This document shows, one piece after another, positions 38,289 through 48,298 of a DNA stretch of 64,000 nt. Positions within the stretch are counted from its first letter, which is position 1. Each line of letters begins with the position of its first letter. The notes under the pieces are model-generated. The model saw only the letters and a program-made list of their open reading frames with translations, ran no database searches and was not told the DNA's origin. Source of the stretch: Chitinophagaceae bacterium (lineage in GTDB: Bacteria; Bacteroidota; Bacteroidia; Chitinophagales; Chitinophagaceae); NCBI GenBank assembly GCA_041752135.1, contig JBGSHT010000090.1, positions 1,888 through 65,887 on the forward strand, given 5' to 3'. The position numbers and the translations under genes are program-made.

Positions 38289-38837
38289 ATGAAATTATTA
38301 GGTCTTTTTATCATTGTCATTTGTACAATGGTACAATGTAAGCCTGCCAAAGTTTATATAGTCAGGCATGCTGAAAAAAGTACAAATCCACCCAATGATC
38401 CAGACCTTACAGCTGAAGGCCGGGAACGTGCTGAAAACCTCGCTATGCTTTTAAAAAATAAAAAAATAAAAGCCGTTTATTCTACAGATACCCGCAGGAC
38501 AAGGCAAACTGCCGAGCCGTTTTCGTTGCAGGAGGGCCTTTCAATTCAGTCATATAAAAATGATACATTACAAAAATTCTTATATAATATACTGGATGCA
38601 GAACAAAACGCCCTGATTGTAGGGCACAGCAATACGGTCATTCGAATGCTTACAGAACTCGATCTGAAACCATCGATAAAGGAGATACCTGAAAATGATT
38701 ATGACAATTTATTTATTGTAGTCCTCATGTCTAAAGAATGGACTGGCGGATATAAATTAAAATTGAAAGAGAAGACATATGGCAAAAAATCGCCCTCTGT
38801 TTCAGATACTGCAAGGCCGGTTATGCAGATGAAATGA
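38289..38837 (+). CDS. Exported histidine phosphatase (phosphoglycerate mutase/SixA-like)
   Basis: VRHAEK, LTAEG, RTRQTA and VGHSNT; signal/lipoprotein-type N-terminus. Confidence 0.88.
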   Translation: MKLLGLFIIVICTMVQCKPAKVYIVRHAEKSTNPPNDPDLTAEGRERAENLAMLLKNKKIKAVYSTDTRRTRQTAEPFSLQEGLSIQSYKNDTLQKFLYNILDAEQNALIVGHSNTVIRMLTELDLKPSIKEIPENDYDNLFIVVLMSKEWTGGYKLKLKEKTYGKKSPSVSDTARPVMQMK

Positions 38838-38859
38838 TGTAATTGATGTTAAGAAAATG

Positions 38860-38889
38860 ACAATTCAATACTATTATTCAACAGTTCAG
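38860..38889 (+). promoter_or_regulatory. LytTR (AgrA-type) binding site upstream of the fasciclin gene
   Basis: Direct repeats ACAATTCAA (38860-38868) and ACAGTTCAG (38881-38889) separated by exactly 12 bp; a LytTR regulator is encoded two genes downstream. Confidence 0.75.
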
Positions 38890-38957
38890 TAAAAAAAATT
38901 TATGAACCATGAACAGAAGATGCCAGTTAATGTTACTATAGGCTAAAACCTAATAGT

Positions 38958-39863
38958 ATGAAAAAGTTTTCTTTAATTCGTTTATCGATAATCGCTTTCA
39001 CAACCTTATCTGTATTTGCAGTGTCCTGCAGTGATGACGATAATTCTACACCATCACAAACTGTCACGGATATAGTTGTATCTGACCCCAATTTCTCAAC
39101 ACTTGAAGCTGCAGTTTTAAAAGCTGGTTTAGCAGATGCATTAGCAACCACAAACCCAATTACCGTTTTTGCTCCTGATAATGCAGCATTTGCCGCTTCA
39201 GGTATTACCGAAGCTACTATTGCATCATTACCGGCTGCTACAGTTGGCGACATTTTAAAATATCATGTGCACAGTGGACTTGTAACCTCTACAGCGGTTC
39301 CGGTTTCTGATGCAATCACAACATTGGGCGGCACCAGCCTTTTTGCATCACGTAATGCAAATGGTGTATTCATGAATGGTATTAAAGTAAAGCAGGCTGA
39401 CGTCTCTGCCAGCAATGGTGTAATCCATGTCATTGAAAAAGTATTAACTGAACCAACTCAAACAATTGCTGAGATTGCTGCAGCAGATACCAGCTTTAGT
39501 TTCCTGGTTGCTGCCGTTGTCAAAACAGGCTTGTTATCAGCCATCTCTGGTCCGGGTAAATTCACTGTATTTGCACCAACGAATGCTGCTTTCCGTGCTG
39601 CAGGCATCACAGATATAAATGCAGTGGATCAGGCTACATTGAATACCGTTGTAAGGTACCATGTACTTACAACAAATGTATTTGCTTCTGACCTGATAAA
39701 TAATACAACTGCTCAAACCCTGCAAGGTGGAAACCTGCGCATCACCCTGCCACCTGCGGTAAAAATTGATGGCAGTACCCAGGTTGCTTCTAATATCGTT
39801 GCTCCAAACATCACTGCAACAAATGGTGTTATACATGTAATTGACAGGGTATTGTTACCTTAA
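38958..39863 (+). CDS. Fasciclin (two FAS1 domains) lipoprotein
   Basis: Lipobox VSC followed by SDDD; two copies each of TVFAPxNxAF and NGVIHVI. Confidence 0.95.
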   Translation: MKKFSLIRLSIIAFTTLSVFAVSCSDDDNSTPSQTVTDIVVSDPNFSTLEAAVLKAGLADALATTNPITVFAPDNAAFAASGITEATIASLPAATVGDILKYHVHSGLVTSTAVPVSDAITTLGGTSLFASRNANGVFMNGIKVKQADVSASNGVIHVIEKVLTEPTQTIAEIAAADTSFSFLVAAVVKTGLLSAISGPGKFTVFAPTNAAFRAAGITDINAVDQATLNTVVRYHVLTTNVFASDLINNTTAQTLQGGNLRITLPPAVKIDGSTQVASNIVAPNITATNGVIHVIDRVLLP

Positions 39864-39911
39864 TCCAATGGGAATTTAGAGAGATTTATTATTTTAGATA
39901 AATAATTTACC

Positions 39912-39941
39912 GGGCCGGCATTTGAAAGCCGGCCCATTTTT
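39912..39941 (+). terminator. Intrinsic terminator after the fasciclin gene, abutting the kinase ATG
   Basis: GGGCCGGC-8 nt-GCCGGCCC followed by ATTTTT, then ATG at 39942. Confidence 0.75.
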
Positions 39942-40976
39942 ATGTTTTCTCATAAGCTACGATACCTGTTCATCCTGGTTCTTGGAGGATATTCTTACCT
40001 GAATACCATCTTCTCGGAAACATACCGGTACTATGGCATTCATCAGAAGCCCGTTATTATATTAGCGGTATTTGTCGGCACCTGTCTGTTGATCTGGGAA
40101 GGCAACAGGGTATTGGAAAAGCTATTGGCTGGCAGGTTGCGGCAGGCGGATTATCAGATTCGTCCACTTTTACTTTTCTTTGGTGCCAGTCATTTGGTTG
40201 CGCTACTAGCCGGAGGAATCATTTATGGCCTGATCGTTTCTTTAAGATTAGGTGCCGATCAGCGGGAAACCGAATTAGCGGGAAAACTGGTTATCCTTTT
40301 TGCCTTCAGGATCAATTTATTCCTGAATTGTATACACGCGATCATTTTCTTACTCAAAAGATATCGCCAAAAAGAACATGAAGCAGAAGAACTAAGGGCC
40401 ATAAGTACCCAGGCCAGTCTGCAGGCTATTAAAAACCAGGTAAACCCGCATTTTCTTTTCAATAACCTCAATGTTTTATCTGCCCTGGTGATGCAGAAAA
40501 ACGATGAAGCCAATACCTTTATCGAAAAATTCTCAACGGTCTACCGATATATTCTCAAGAGCCAGGAAAAATCATTGGTCTCTGTTGCCGAAGAGCTTGA
40601 ATTTATACAGCCCTATTTGTACCTACTTGAGAAGAGATTTGGCGAGGGTTTAAAAGTACAAATGGATATCCCGCAGGATCATTACCAGGACCTGATCGTA
40701 CCGGTTGCCCTTCAGATGCTTATTGAAAATGCCATTAAGCATAATATTGTATCTTCCCGCAAACCGCTCCTGGTAAGAATTTATGTTGATCAGGCCGCTC
40801 GCCTGGTTGTCTATAATTCATTTCAGCCAAGACTTGAAAAGGGGCCCTCCACGCAGGTGGGATTGAATAATATCAACCAGCGGCTGGATATCATTGCCGG
40901 CCTGGCATTGGATATCCATAGGGATACAGATTCTTTTTCGGTGGGTATCCCACTTATAAAAAACCATCCTGTTTAA
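39942..40976 (+). CDS. LytS/YehU family sensor histidine kinase
   Basis: About 4 TM segments; QVNPHFLFNNLN, YRYIL, LIENAIKHN and GLNNI. Confidence 0.95.
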   Translation: MFSHKLRYLFILVLGGYSYLNTIFSETYRYYGIHQKPVIILAVFVGTCLLIWEGNRVLEKLLAGRLRQADYQIRPLLLFFGASHLVALLAGGIIYGLIVSLRLGADQRETELAGKLVILFAFRINLFLNCIHAIIFLLKRYRQKEHEAEELRAISTQASLQAIKNQVNPHFLFNNLNVLSALVMQKNDEANTFIEKFSTVYRYILKSQEKSLVSVAEELEFIQPYLYLLEKRFGEGLKVQMDIPQDHYQDLIVPVALQMLIENAIKHNIVSSRKPLLVRIYVDQAARLVVYNSFQPRLEKGPSTQVGLNNINQRLDIIAGLALDIHRDTDSFSVGIPLIKNHPV

Positions 40977-41021
40977 ACACTTTTTCTTTTGTGGTGTTAT
41001 TGATTCAACATTCTTTTTTTT

Positions 41022-41783
41022 ATGCGTGTTGTTATCATTGAAGACGAACCACTGGCTGTAAGCAGGCTTAAAATGATATTTTCTGAATATGACCCTGCAA
41101 TAGAAATCGTGGCAGTGCTGGAGAGCGTGGAAGACGCCGTTCACTATTTTCAGCAACATGTACATCCTGATCTTGTAATGCTTGACATCGAACTGGCTGA
41201 TGGCATCAGTTTCAGTATTTTCTCCCGCGTAAAAGTTGATTGCCCTGTGATCTTTGTGACGGCCTATGATAAATACGCCGTCGATGCGTTCCGCTTGTTC
41301 AGTATTGATTATTTGCTTAAGCCGGTTACACAGGAAGCACTTTCGAGGGCATTACATAAATACCGGAAACTGGCCGGATTCACACTTATTACTGAGCAAA
41401 TATCATCGGTAATCCGGTCAATCCAACAGCCAGGAAGATCATTCCGGCAAAAATTTCTTATTAAATCAGGCAGCCGGATGTTTTTCATTGAAGCCGGTTC
41501 GGTTGCTTACTTTCTGTCTGAGGGGAAAACCGTATATCTAATAACCAGGGAAGGAAACCGGCATATCATCGATTTTACGCTGGAAAAACTGCAGGAGGAA
41601 CTTGATCCGGGAATTTTTTTCCGGTTAAACCGCAGCGTGATTTGCAGTATCCATGCAATTAAGGAGATCAGGTCCTATTTCAACAGCAGGCTGAAAATTT
41701 CAATTGCTAACGGCAGCCAAACGGATGAAGCTATTGTAAGCAGGGAAAGGGTTACGGCCTTCAAGTCCTGGGCGGAAGGCTGA
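41022..41783 (+). CDS. LytTR family response regulator
   Basis: Receiver domain (IIEDE, LDIEL, FVTAYD, YLLKP) plus LytTR domain (FFRLNRS, VSRER). Confidence 0.96.
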   Translation: MRVVIIEDEPLAVSRLKMIFSEYDPAIEIVAVLESVEDAVHYFQQHVHPDLVMLDIELADGISFSIFSRVKVDCPVIFVTAYDKYAVDAFRLFSIDYLLKPVTQEALSRALHKYRKLAGFTLITEQISSVIRSIQQPGRSFRQKFLIKSGSRMFFIEAGSVAYFLSEGKTVYLITREGNRHIIDFTLEKLQEELDPGIFFRLNRSVICSIHAIKEIRSYFNSRLKISIANGSQTDEAIVSRERVTAFKSWAEG

Positions 41784-41852
41784 ATATGTTTTTTACAGCT
41801 TTTTAATAATGGTTGGTCATTATTTATGCTGACTTATTAAAATGATAAGGGT

Positions 41853-42404
41853 ATGAAAATTATTTTCACATTTTTTATAGTATTGGTTTTAGGGCTGGGA
41901 AACAGTATAGCACAGTCGTATACTTTTTCGGATACCCTTTTACGTAAGTTCGGGCATTATACGGAAATTGGCGCACTGGCCACAACGCGCACAACCCCCG
42001 ACAATGTTACTACAGCGGCATTTTCATTTCAGATGGTGAATGGATATCGTTTTTCGCGCCGTCTTTTTGCAGGTATGGGTATCGGTGCTGATCTGTTTGC
42101 AACCGAAACGATCATTCCTTTATTTGCCAGTTTCCGGGGCGATATCCTTAAAAAAGGTGAATTTATACCGTATTATTTCATTGATTTTGGCTACGGTTTC
42201 AATGCAACGAGGAATGAGGACATTGATTATAGAGGCGGAATTGCTGCTGCCGGGGGTATTGGATTTAAAATCAACCTGATCCATAATAAAGGATTCCTGG
42301 TAAGTTTTGGATATCGTTTTCAGCAGGCTTCCCTGGTAAGGGATAATATTTTTGAAAACCGTGATTATAACCGGCTCGCACTCAGGGCTGGATTTTATTT
42401 GTAA
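41853..42404 (+). CDS. Putative small outer-membrane beta-barrel protein
   Basis: Signal peptide; alternating Gly/aromatic beta strands; ends LRAGFYL. Confidence 0.7.
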   Translation: MKIIFTFFIVLVLGLGNSIAQSYTFSDTLLRKFGHYTEIGALATTRTTPDNVTTAAFSFQMVNGYRFSRRLFAGMGIGADLFATETIIPLFASFRGDILKKGEFIPYYFIDFGYGFNATRNEDIDYRGGIAAAGGIGFKINLIHNKGFLVSFGYRFQQASLVRDNIFENRDYNRLALRAGFYL

Positions 42405-42438
42405 CTATTACTGATCAGGGTTTTTAATCAATGGCTAT

Positions 42439-42472
42439 AAAAAGAGGCCGGTAGAAATACCAGCCTCTTTTA
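42439..42472. terminator. Bidirectional terminator between convergent genes
   Basis: AAAAGAGGCCGGTA-GAAA-TACCAGCCTCTTTT. Confidence 0.8.
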
Positions 42473-42509
42473 TATATGTAAAAGTTTTTTTATCTTCTGT
42501 TCAGCGGAT

Positions 42510-45500
42510 TTAGAAATCAAGGCCCATAGCGAAATACCATTGAGGATTGCCCTTAAAGAAACCATCCATAGGCCAACCGGCATCCAGCCTTAGAAAATAG
42601 CCCAGTAAGGTACTTCTCGCGCCAAATCCATAACCACCGATAAAAGGACCTACGCCACCCGTTTTGATCCTTACCTGTACCGGTGGGTTTCCGTATATCA
42701 CATCGGGGCGACCAATGGTCTTAAACTGGCCATTCCAGGCCGTACCTAAATCTGTAAATTGTATTAACTGGAAGTTGCGCAGGAAGGCATTATTCACCGG
42801 CCTGTTAAAGAATGTGGTAAAAACAGGTAACCTGAATTCACTGTTAATCACAACGGCATTATTGCCATTGGCCGCATTTTGTTTATGACCCCGCAGGTTG
42901 AGTGCAAGCGATTGAAAAGCATAAGTATTGTCCGGTGCCGGCCTGTTGGCATTATTGAACTTAGGGCTGATCCATCCGTCAACGCCCCCAAGATAGTATA
43001 TGAGCTTCTGGTTGCCCCAGGAAACATCCGCAGCACCACGACCAGCCCAGATAAAGTTCCGGTAAATGGGGAGGTAATAACGTATATCTGTACCAAAGTT
43101 GAATGTGTTTCTTCCTTCTTCGTTTCCGGCAACCAGCCTTGAAGCTACATCCATATAAATCTTATACCGCAGGCCATGCCAAATATTCAATGCAGGATTT
43201 GTGGAATTATCATGTACATATTCAAGGCGCGCCATACCGTAACGGAGCAATGTATCCTGGTAACCCAGTGAAGGTGGAAAATTGGCATCTGTCTTCAAAA
43301 CTACACGGTCGCTCCGATATCCTACAATAGAGCGAATGCTTCTTACCTCGTCAAATGGAAATGAGAAGTTTGCCTGGTAAATATTAGAGAATAATTTATT
43401 GGAAAGAAAAGCTTTGATCGGCTCAAGATTCGGATTGTAGATTGGAAAATCATTTTGAATCGAACGAAAGTAAGTTAGTCCCCAGTCGATTCTTTTGCGC
43501 AAATTCTGGAATGAGGCAAAGTAATCGTTATCTCTGAGGTTGGTGGAAATCCTGAATCCACCGAGGAACTTTATGTCTTCAAATAAGTCCGAAATACCCA
43601 TCCGGATTATACCATTTACTATATCCGTATTGGATAAGTAGATGGGGCCTGCTCCGCCTGCGTATGGCTGGAAACGATTTACCAGCACGGAATTATTAAA
43701 GCCGGAAACCACATAATCAGATGAAAACCTTAATCGGTAATCGAAAAGTTTAGCCGATTTGAGCAAGGGGTCTTTGGCTTCATTTTCTTTGGCATCCGCA
43801 ATGATTTCACCGATCACTTTAGAAGGATCTGTATCGAATTCCGTCTGGAAAAGATCCTTCCCTTCACTGGTGTCTGTTTTCTCTTTTGCATCTTTATCAT
43901 AAAAAATGGGATCTGCTTTTGCCCTGCGGTCTGCTGCCATCAGTTCCTTCACATAATCTGTTGGGCGTGCGTTTACATTTCTGCGTTTCAGGGCATCCTC
44001 GTTGATACGGAGTTTGTAGAGGAATTTCAGGTCGCCTTCCTGTCTAACTTCGCTCACCAGGTTATTATCCCCGGCTCCCCGGCTTTCAAGGAGCCCGCTC
44101 TGGTAATTGGTGATCGGGAAAACATAGGCGCTGTCTGATGTGATGGAAATGTATCCAACTGAATCCGGTTCCGTCTTTCCCCAGACTTTGAGTGTGGAAT
44201 CCAGGTCTGCCGGTTCAGGGTTGCGTAAATATTCTTCACCTACTTTAAATATCGTATCCAGTCCGGCTCTTTTGGTAGAGAAGAAACCGGCATAACGGTT
44301 ACCAATACCGTTTTCATCACTTATAAAAGTGAAGTGGTTCACATTATATTGCAGGGGTGACCTGGCCTGCCCGTATTTAAGTTTGGACAGTTGTGAGATC
44401 TGCCTGAATTCGCTCCGGTTCCAGTTATCAACCAGGAAAATATTGAAATGATAACGTGAAGGTATAACCGTATCTCCTTTGGGCGCATCTCCTGAGGGCC
44501 TGTTGGATGAAAAGATGATACCGCTTTTATTAGGAAAGGCTACAAAGGAAGGATCAAGATCGTCATATGGATCATTTGTTATTTGCTGGGTGGTTTGTTC
44601 ATTTATCTTGTACACAAAAATATCCGACTGACCGTTTTTTACGGCACTGATCACGAGTGTGTTGTTATCCAGCATGAACTTAGCATCCTGTACGATCTGG
44701 AAGTCTGCGGGCAATTCCTGCTTATTCGTTTTGATGCGCTTGACCACGTCGTACATGAACATCCGGATTTTACCTGCTTCAGAATAAATGACCAGCAGCT
44801 TGGATCCCTTGGGGTCCCAGGCCATCAGCGGGTAATGCGGATTGAGTTCTGCCTGGTTATTACGAATACCTGCTTTTAAAAGGATCTTTCTTTTATCGGA
44901 AAGGTCTTCCAGCAAAACACAATAAATGCCCTTCTGGTATTTGACCATGGCATACGTGTTATTACGGGGAATCGGATTGGCCTGGAAACGATAGTAGTCC
45001 CTGCCGTTTTTCAGTTCTTCCACTGCCACAGCAGTGCCTTTGGGTTGGTTGCGGCGCCCGCGGAGGTCGTTCTGGTATTTTTCAGCTTCTTTTTCCATGA
45101 ATTCGGCAAGCAGGTCCTTGAATTTCTTCCTGGTTACTTTCATGCTGGCTGAGTTCAGGCTCTTGTATATCCTGGATAAATAAAGCAGGTAGGTTACATT
45201 ATCCCTACGGTAGTTCTGGGCAATAAAATGCCAGAAAGCATGCCCCGCCAGTTCTGGTTCTTTAAAGGCAAACTGGTAAAAGGTCCTGTACTTACCGGAA
45301 AGGATAGCCGATTTTAATTTATCGTCAAGCTCCGGGCTCCAGTTTTCTGCTGCATAGGAAATATATCCGTCGGTCAGCCATTTAGGCAGGTCCAGGAGCG
45401 CCTGGTTTCCCGCAAATTCGCCCAGGTCGTCGCCAAATAAAAGGTTCTCCACAAGAATCCGGGCAATACCCTGTCTTACCTGTTTCCGCAGGTTGTTGTG

Positions 45501-45899
45501 ATTGGCATCGTAATAAACGATCATTTTGTTATTAACCAGTTTGGTTACTCCCCCGGTGTTCTGCCAGTCGATACCGATGCCAATGTTGGATTGCTGTAAA
45601 TCTGTGAAGCTGTTATAGACAACAATATTAGAGCGTCGCTGCAGACCGTATTCCACAAATTCTTCCAGCTGAGGCAATTCTTCTTCTGCAACCTGTGCCA
45701 CAATTTTGCCCAGGCTCAGTCCCCCCTGAGAAAAATAACTGTTGAAATTACGTGTCTGATAATATCGCCAGGTAAATTTCTTATGTTGAACCCTGTTTTT
45801 ACCAAACTCCACTGTACTCACCTGCGCCTGACCGGTCAGAGAAATGAAAAAAAATCCAACCAGGAGCCAAAATAATTTATGCATATTCCTTTTATTCAA
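42510..45899 (-). CDS. Large outer membrane protein: peptidase-like N-domain, TolB/PD40 beta-propeller and Omp85/BamA-type barrel (WD40-Omp85-like)
   Basis: FGKNRVQ after the signal peptide; PD40-like repeats (WDPKGSKL, DDLDPSF..IIFSSNR); C-terminal YYLGG, LRG, NSEFRLP, GYGFGAR, LRLDAGW and terminal DF. Confidence 0.75.
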   Translation of the reverse strand: MNKRNMHKLFWLLVGFFFISLTGQAQVSTVEFGKNRVQHKKFTWRYYQTRNFNSYFSQGGLSLGKIVAQVAEEELPQLEEFVEYGLQRRSNIVVYNSFTDLQQSNIGIGIDWQNTGGVTKLVNNKMIVYYDANHNNLRKQVRQGIARILVENLLFGDDLGEFAGNQALLDLPKWLTDGYISYAAENWSPELDDKLKSAILSGKYRTFYQFAFKEPELAGHAFWHFIAQNYRRDNVTYLLYLSRIYKSLNSASMKVTRKKFKDLLAEFMEKEAEKYQNDLRGRRNQPKGTAVAVEELKNGRDYYRFQANPIPRNNTYAMVKYQKGIYCVLLEDLSDKRKILLKAGIRNNQAELNPHYPLMAWDPKGSKLLVIYSEAGKIRMFMYDVVKRIKTNKQELPADFQIVQDAKFMLDNNTLVISAVKNGQSDIFVYKINEQTTQQITNDPYDDLDPSFVAFPNKSGIIFSSNRPSGDAPKGDTVIPSRYHFNIFLVDNWNRSEFRQISQLSKLKYGQARSPLQYNVNHFTFISDENGIGNRYAGFFSTKRAGLDTIFKVGEEYLRNPEPADLDSTLKVWGKTEPDSVGYISITSDSAYVFPITNYQSGLLESRGAGDNNLVSEVRQEGDLKFLYKLRINEDALKRRNVNARPTDYVKELMAADRRAKADPIFYDKDAKEKTDTSEGKDLFQTEFDTDPSKVIGEIIADAKENEAKDPLLKSAKLFDYRLRFSSDYVVSGFNNSVLVNRFQPYAGGAGPIYLSNTDIVNGIIRMGISDLFEDIKFLGGFRISTNLRDNDYFASFQNLRKRIDWGLTYFRSIQNDFPIYNPNLEPIKAFLSNKLFSNIYQANFSFPFDEVRSIRSIVGYRSDRVVLKTDANFPPSLGYQDTLLRYGMARLEYVHDNSTNPALNIWHGLRYKIYMDVASRLVAGNEEGRNTFNFGTDIRYYLPIYRNFIWAGRGAADVSWGNQKLIYYLGGVDGWISPKFNNANRPAPDNTYAFQSLALNLRGHKQNAANGNNAVVINSEFRLPVFTTFFNRPVNNAFLRNFQLIQFTDLGTAWNGQFKTIGRPDVIYGNPPVQVRIKTGGVGPFIGGYGFGARSTLLGYFLRLDAGWPMDGFFKGNPQWYFAMGLDF

Positions 45900-45983
45900 A
45901 AATGTTCGTAAGCTTTGCCCTTCTTTACCGGTATCGTATTATTATCAATAAAATTAGTGATTTTAAGGTATAAATTCCCTATC

Positions 45984-46625
45984 ATGCTGCACGTTAAAGT
46001 TTTCTTATTTAATCCCGTACAGGAGAATACATACCTGTTATATAACGATGATAATGAGTGTGTAATTATTGATCCAGGCTGTTATTACGAAAATGAGCAG
46101 GATGCAGTTGCCGCATTTATTCAGGAGCATGGATTGAAACCGGTTTTATTGCTGAATACCCACTGTCATCTTGACCATGTTTTTGGCAATAAGTTCATAT
46201 CGGAAAAGTACGGACTGATCCTGCATATCCACCCACTTGAAAAGAAGATGCTGGAATTTGCACCTGCCAGCGGGCTGATGTGGAATATGCCATTTGATAA
46301 TTACCAGGGCGACCTTGAGTACCTTGTGCCCGGCAGGAACATCAAACTTGGCAATGAAGAGATCCAGGTTCTTTTCACTCCCGGCCATTCTCCGGGTAGT
46401 GTCAGCTTCCATTCTGCTGAAAACGGGTTTGTGGTTTCAGGGGATGTACTTTTTAGAGAAAGCATTGGCCGGACCGACCTTCCGGGCGGGGATTTCAAAA
46501 TCCTGTCAGACAGTATAAAGAACAAACTTTTTACCTTGCCCGGTGATACAATTGTTTATTCCGGCCATGGGCCTTCAACAACAATCGATTGGGAAAAAGC
46601 CCATAATCCTTATGTAAAAGGGTAA
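45984..46625 (+). CDS. MBL-fold metallo-hydrolase (glyoxalase II-like, YcbL/GloC family)
   Basis: THCHLDH, TPGHSPG, SGDVLF..IGRTDLPGG and GHG. Start at MLHVK. Confidence 0.93.
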   Translation: MLHVKVFLFNPVQENTYLLYNDDNECVIIDPGCYYENEQDAVAAFIQEHGLKPVLLLNTHCHLDHVFGNKFISEKYGLILHIHPLEKKMLEFAPASGLMWNMPFDNYQGDLEYLVPGRNIKLGNEEIQVLFTPGHSPGSVSFHSAENGFVVSGDVLFRESIGRTDLPGGDFKILSDSIKNKLFTLPGDTIVYSGHGPSTTIDWEKAHNPYVKG

Positions 46626-46653
46626 CCGGTGTGCACCTTACGGGAACCATTTT

Positions 46654-48159
46654 TTAGCGGAGAAACCTGTTTATATATGGCAGTTTGTTGAATTCCTTTT
46701 TTTCAATACGTAGAATGAATACGGTAAATGCCGATAATTCCAGCAACGCAAACCCATGTGTCCACCATATTCCCGGTGAAAACTTCCTGAAAAGCTGGTG
46801 TATCATGAATAAAAGGATACAAATCACTACATATGCTGACAGTTTTTTCCAGGCATAAGGAACCGGGTAATGTTTCTTGCCCAGCCTGTAGCTGATCACC
46901 ATCATGAACCCGTAGCAAACCAAAGTGGAAACTGCAGAGGCCATATATCCCCAATAGGGTATCAGAAAATAATTTATCAGCAGGGTAATAGCAGCACCGC
47001 CAATGGTAATATAAGCGCCAATCAGGTTATTATTGGTAAGCTTATACCAGATCGAGAGGTTATAATAAACGCCCAGGAAAACTTTTGCCAGCATAAGTAT
47101 GGGTACAACTGATAATCCCATGAGGTATTCAGGATGATTTCTAATGCCCATGAAATGCTTCCATATGTCTAGAAATAACACCACTCCAAGGAAACAGAAA
47201 CAACAGGCGATCACAAAAAACTTCATAACCCTTGCATAGGTACGTGTTGCATTTTCTGCGGAGGCTTCTTTAAAAAAGAATGGCTCTGCACCCATCCTGA
47301 ATGCCTGGATGAATAAAACGATCAGCAATGCCAGTTTATAATTGGCGCTGTAGATCCCGTTTGCAGATTTTGCTTCGGCTACCGTGCCACTAAAACGCTG
47401 TATAATCATGAACCTGTCGATCGTTTCATTGATCATCCCTCCAAAGCCCACTATGATTAACGGTGCGGTATAGATGAGCATTTCCCGCAGCAGTTTCATA
47501 TCTATTTTCGGCCGGAAACTCATCAGTTCCTTTCCCAGGAAAAGTATGGTAAAGGCACTTGCAACCAGGTTTGCCAGGAAAACATATCCTATATCGATGC
47601 GCGGATCATAGAGAACCGACCATAAATTAACTGCATTTTTTTCATGTTGACCTTTACACAAAACCAGGAAAAAAACAACCAGTCCAACATTGATCAGGAT
47701 GTTGAGTATCTTGATTGCGGCAAACTTTCTTGGCCTTCCTTCAAACCGGAGTTTTGAAAATGGCAAAACAGCCAGGGTATCCAGTGCAACAATCCATATG
47801 ACCCATTTAACAAATTCAGGATGGTTATCCAGTTTCATTAAACGGGCGATGGATGGCACGGGGAACATCAGCAGGGCAGTCAATATTAATGTGGTAATGA
47901 TCAGGCTGAACTGGCCGGTATTGTATACATTTTTCTCCGGGTAAGAATTGTTGAACCTGAAATATGCAGTTTCCATACCATAGGTAAAAACAATATTCAG
48001 GAAAGCTGCATAAGCAAAGAGGATGGAAATATCGCCATATTGTTCAGAAGAATAAATACCGGTCAACAAAGGGGTTAGCAGGTAATTTATAAACCGTCCG
48101 AAGATATTGCTGAAACCATACCAGAATGTTTGCCCTGCCAGTTTTTTAATATTGCTCAA
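46654..48159 (-). CDS. Polysaccharide biosynthesis flippase (MOP superfamily, Wzx-like)
   Basis: About 13-14 TM segments; KKLAGQTFWYG, YGMETAYFRF, GIYSANYKL and AFRMGAEPFFF. Confidence 0.88.
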   Translation of the reverse strand: MSNIKKLAGQTFWYGFSNIFGRFINYLLTPLLTGIYSSEQYGDISILFAYAAFLNIVFTYGMETAYFRFNNSYPEKNVYNTGQFSLIITTLILTALLMFPVPSIARLMKLDNHPEFVKWVIWIVALDTLAVLPFSKLRFEGRPRKFAAIKILNILINVGLVVFFLVLCKGQHEKNAVNLWSVLYDPRIDIGYVFLANLVASAFTILFLGKELMSFRPKIDMKLLREMLIYTAPLIIVGFGGMINETIDRFMIIQRFSGTVAEAKSANGIYSANYKLALLIVLFIQAFRMGAEPFFFKEASAENATRTYARVMKFFVIACCFCFLGVVLFLDIWKHFMGIRNHPEYLMGLSVVPILMLAKVFLGVYYNLSIWYKLTNNNLIGAYITIGGAAITLLINYFLIPYWGYMASAVSTLVCYGFMMVISYRLGKKHYPVPYAWKKLSAYVVICILLFMIHQLFRKFSPGIWWTHGFALLELSAFTVFILRIEKKEFNKLPYINRFLR

Positions 48160-48298
48160 TTGCGTTTCCGTTTGTTGCGTAAATGTAAGCGAAGCTGAGG
48201 AGTTTAGCCATAAATAGCTTAAGCCTTTGAAAGTATGCCGCTTATTGCTTTTCTGTTTTTGTATTGATTTTCATAATCTTAAGATATAATCAAATGCG

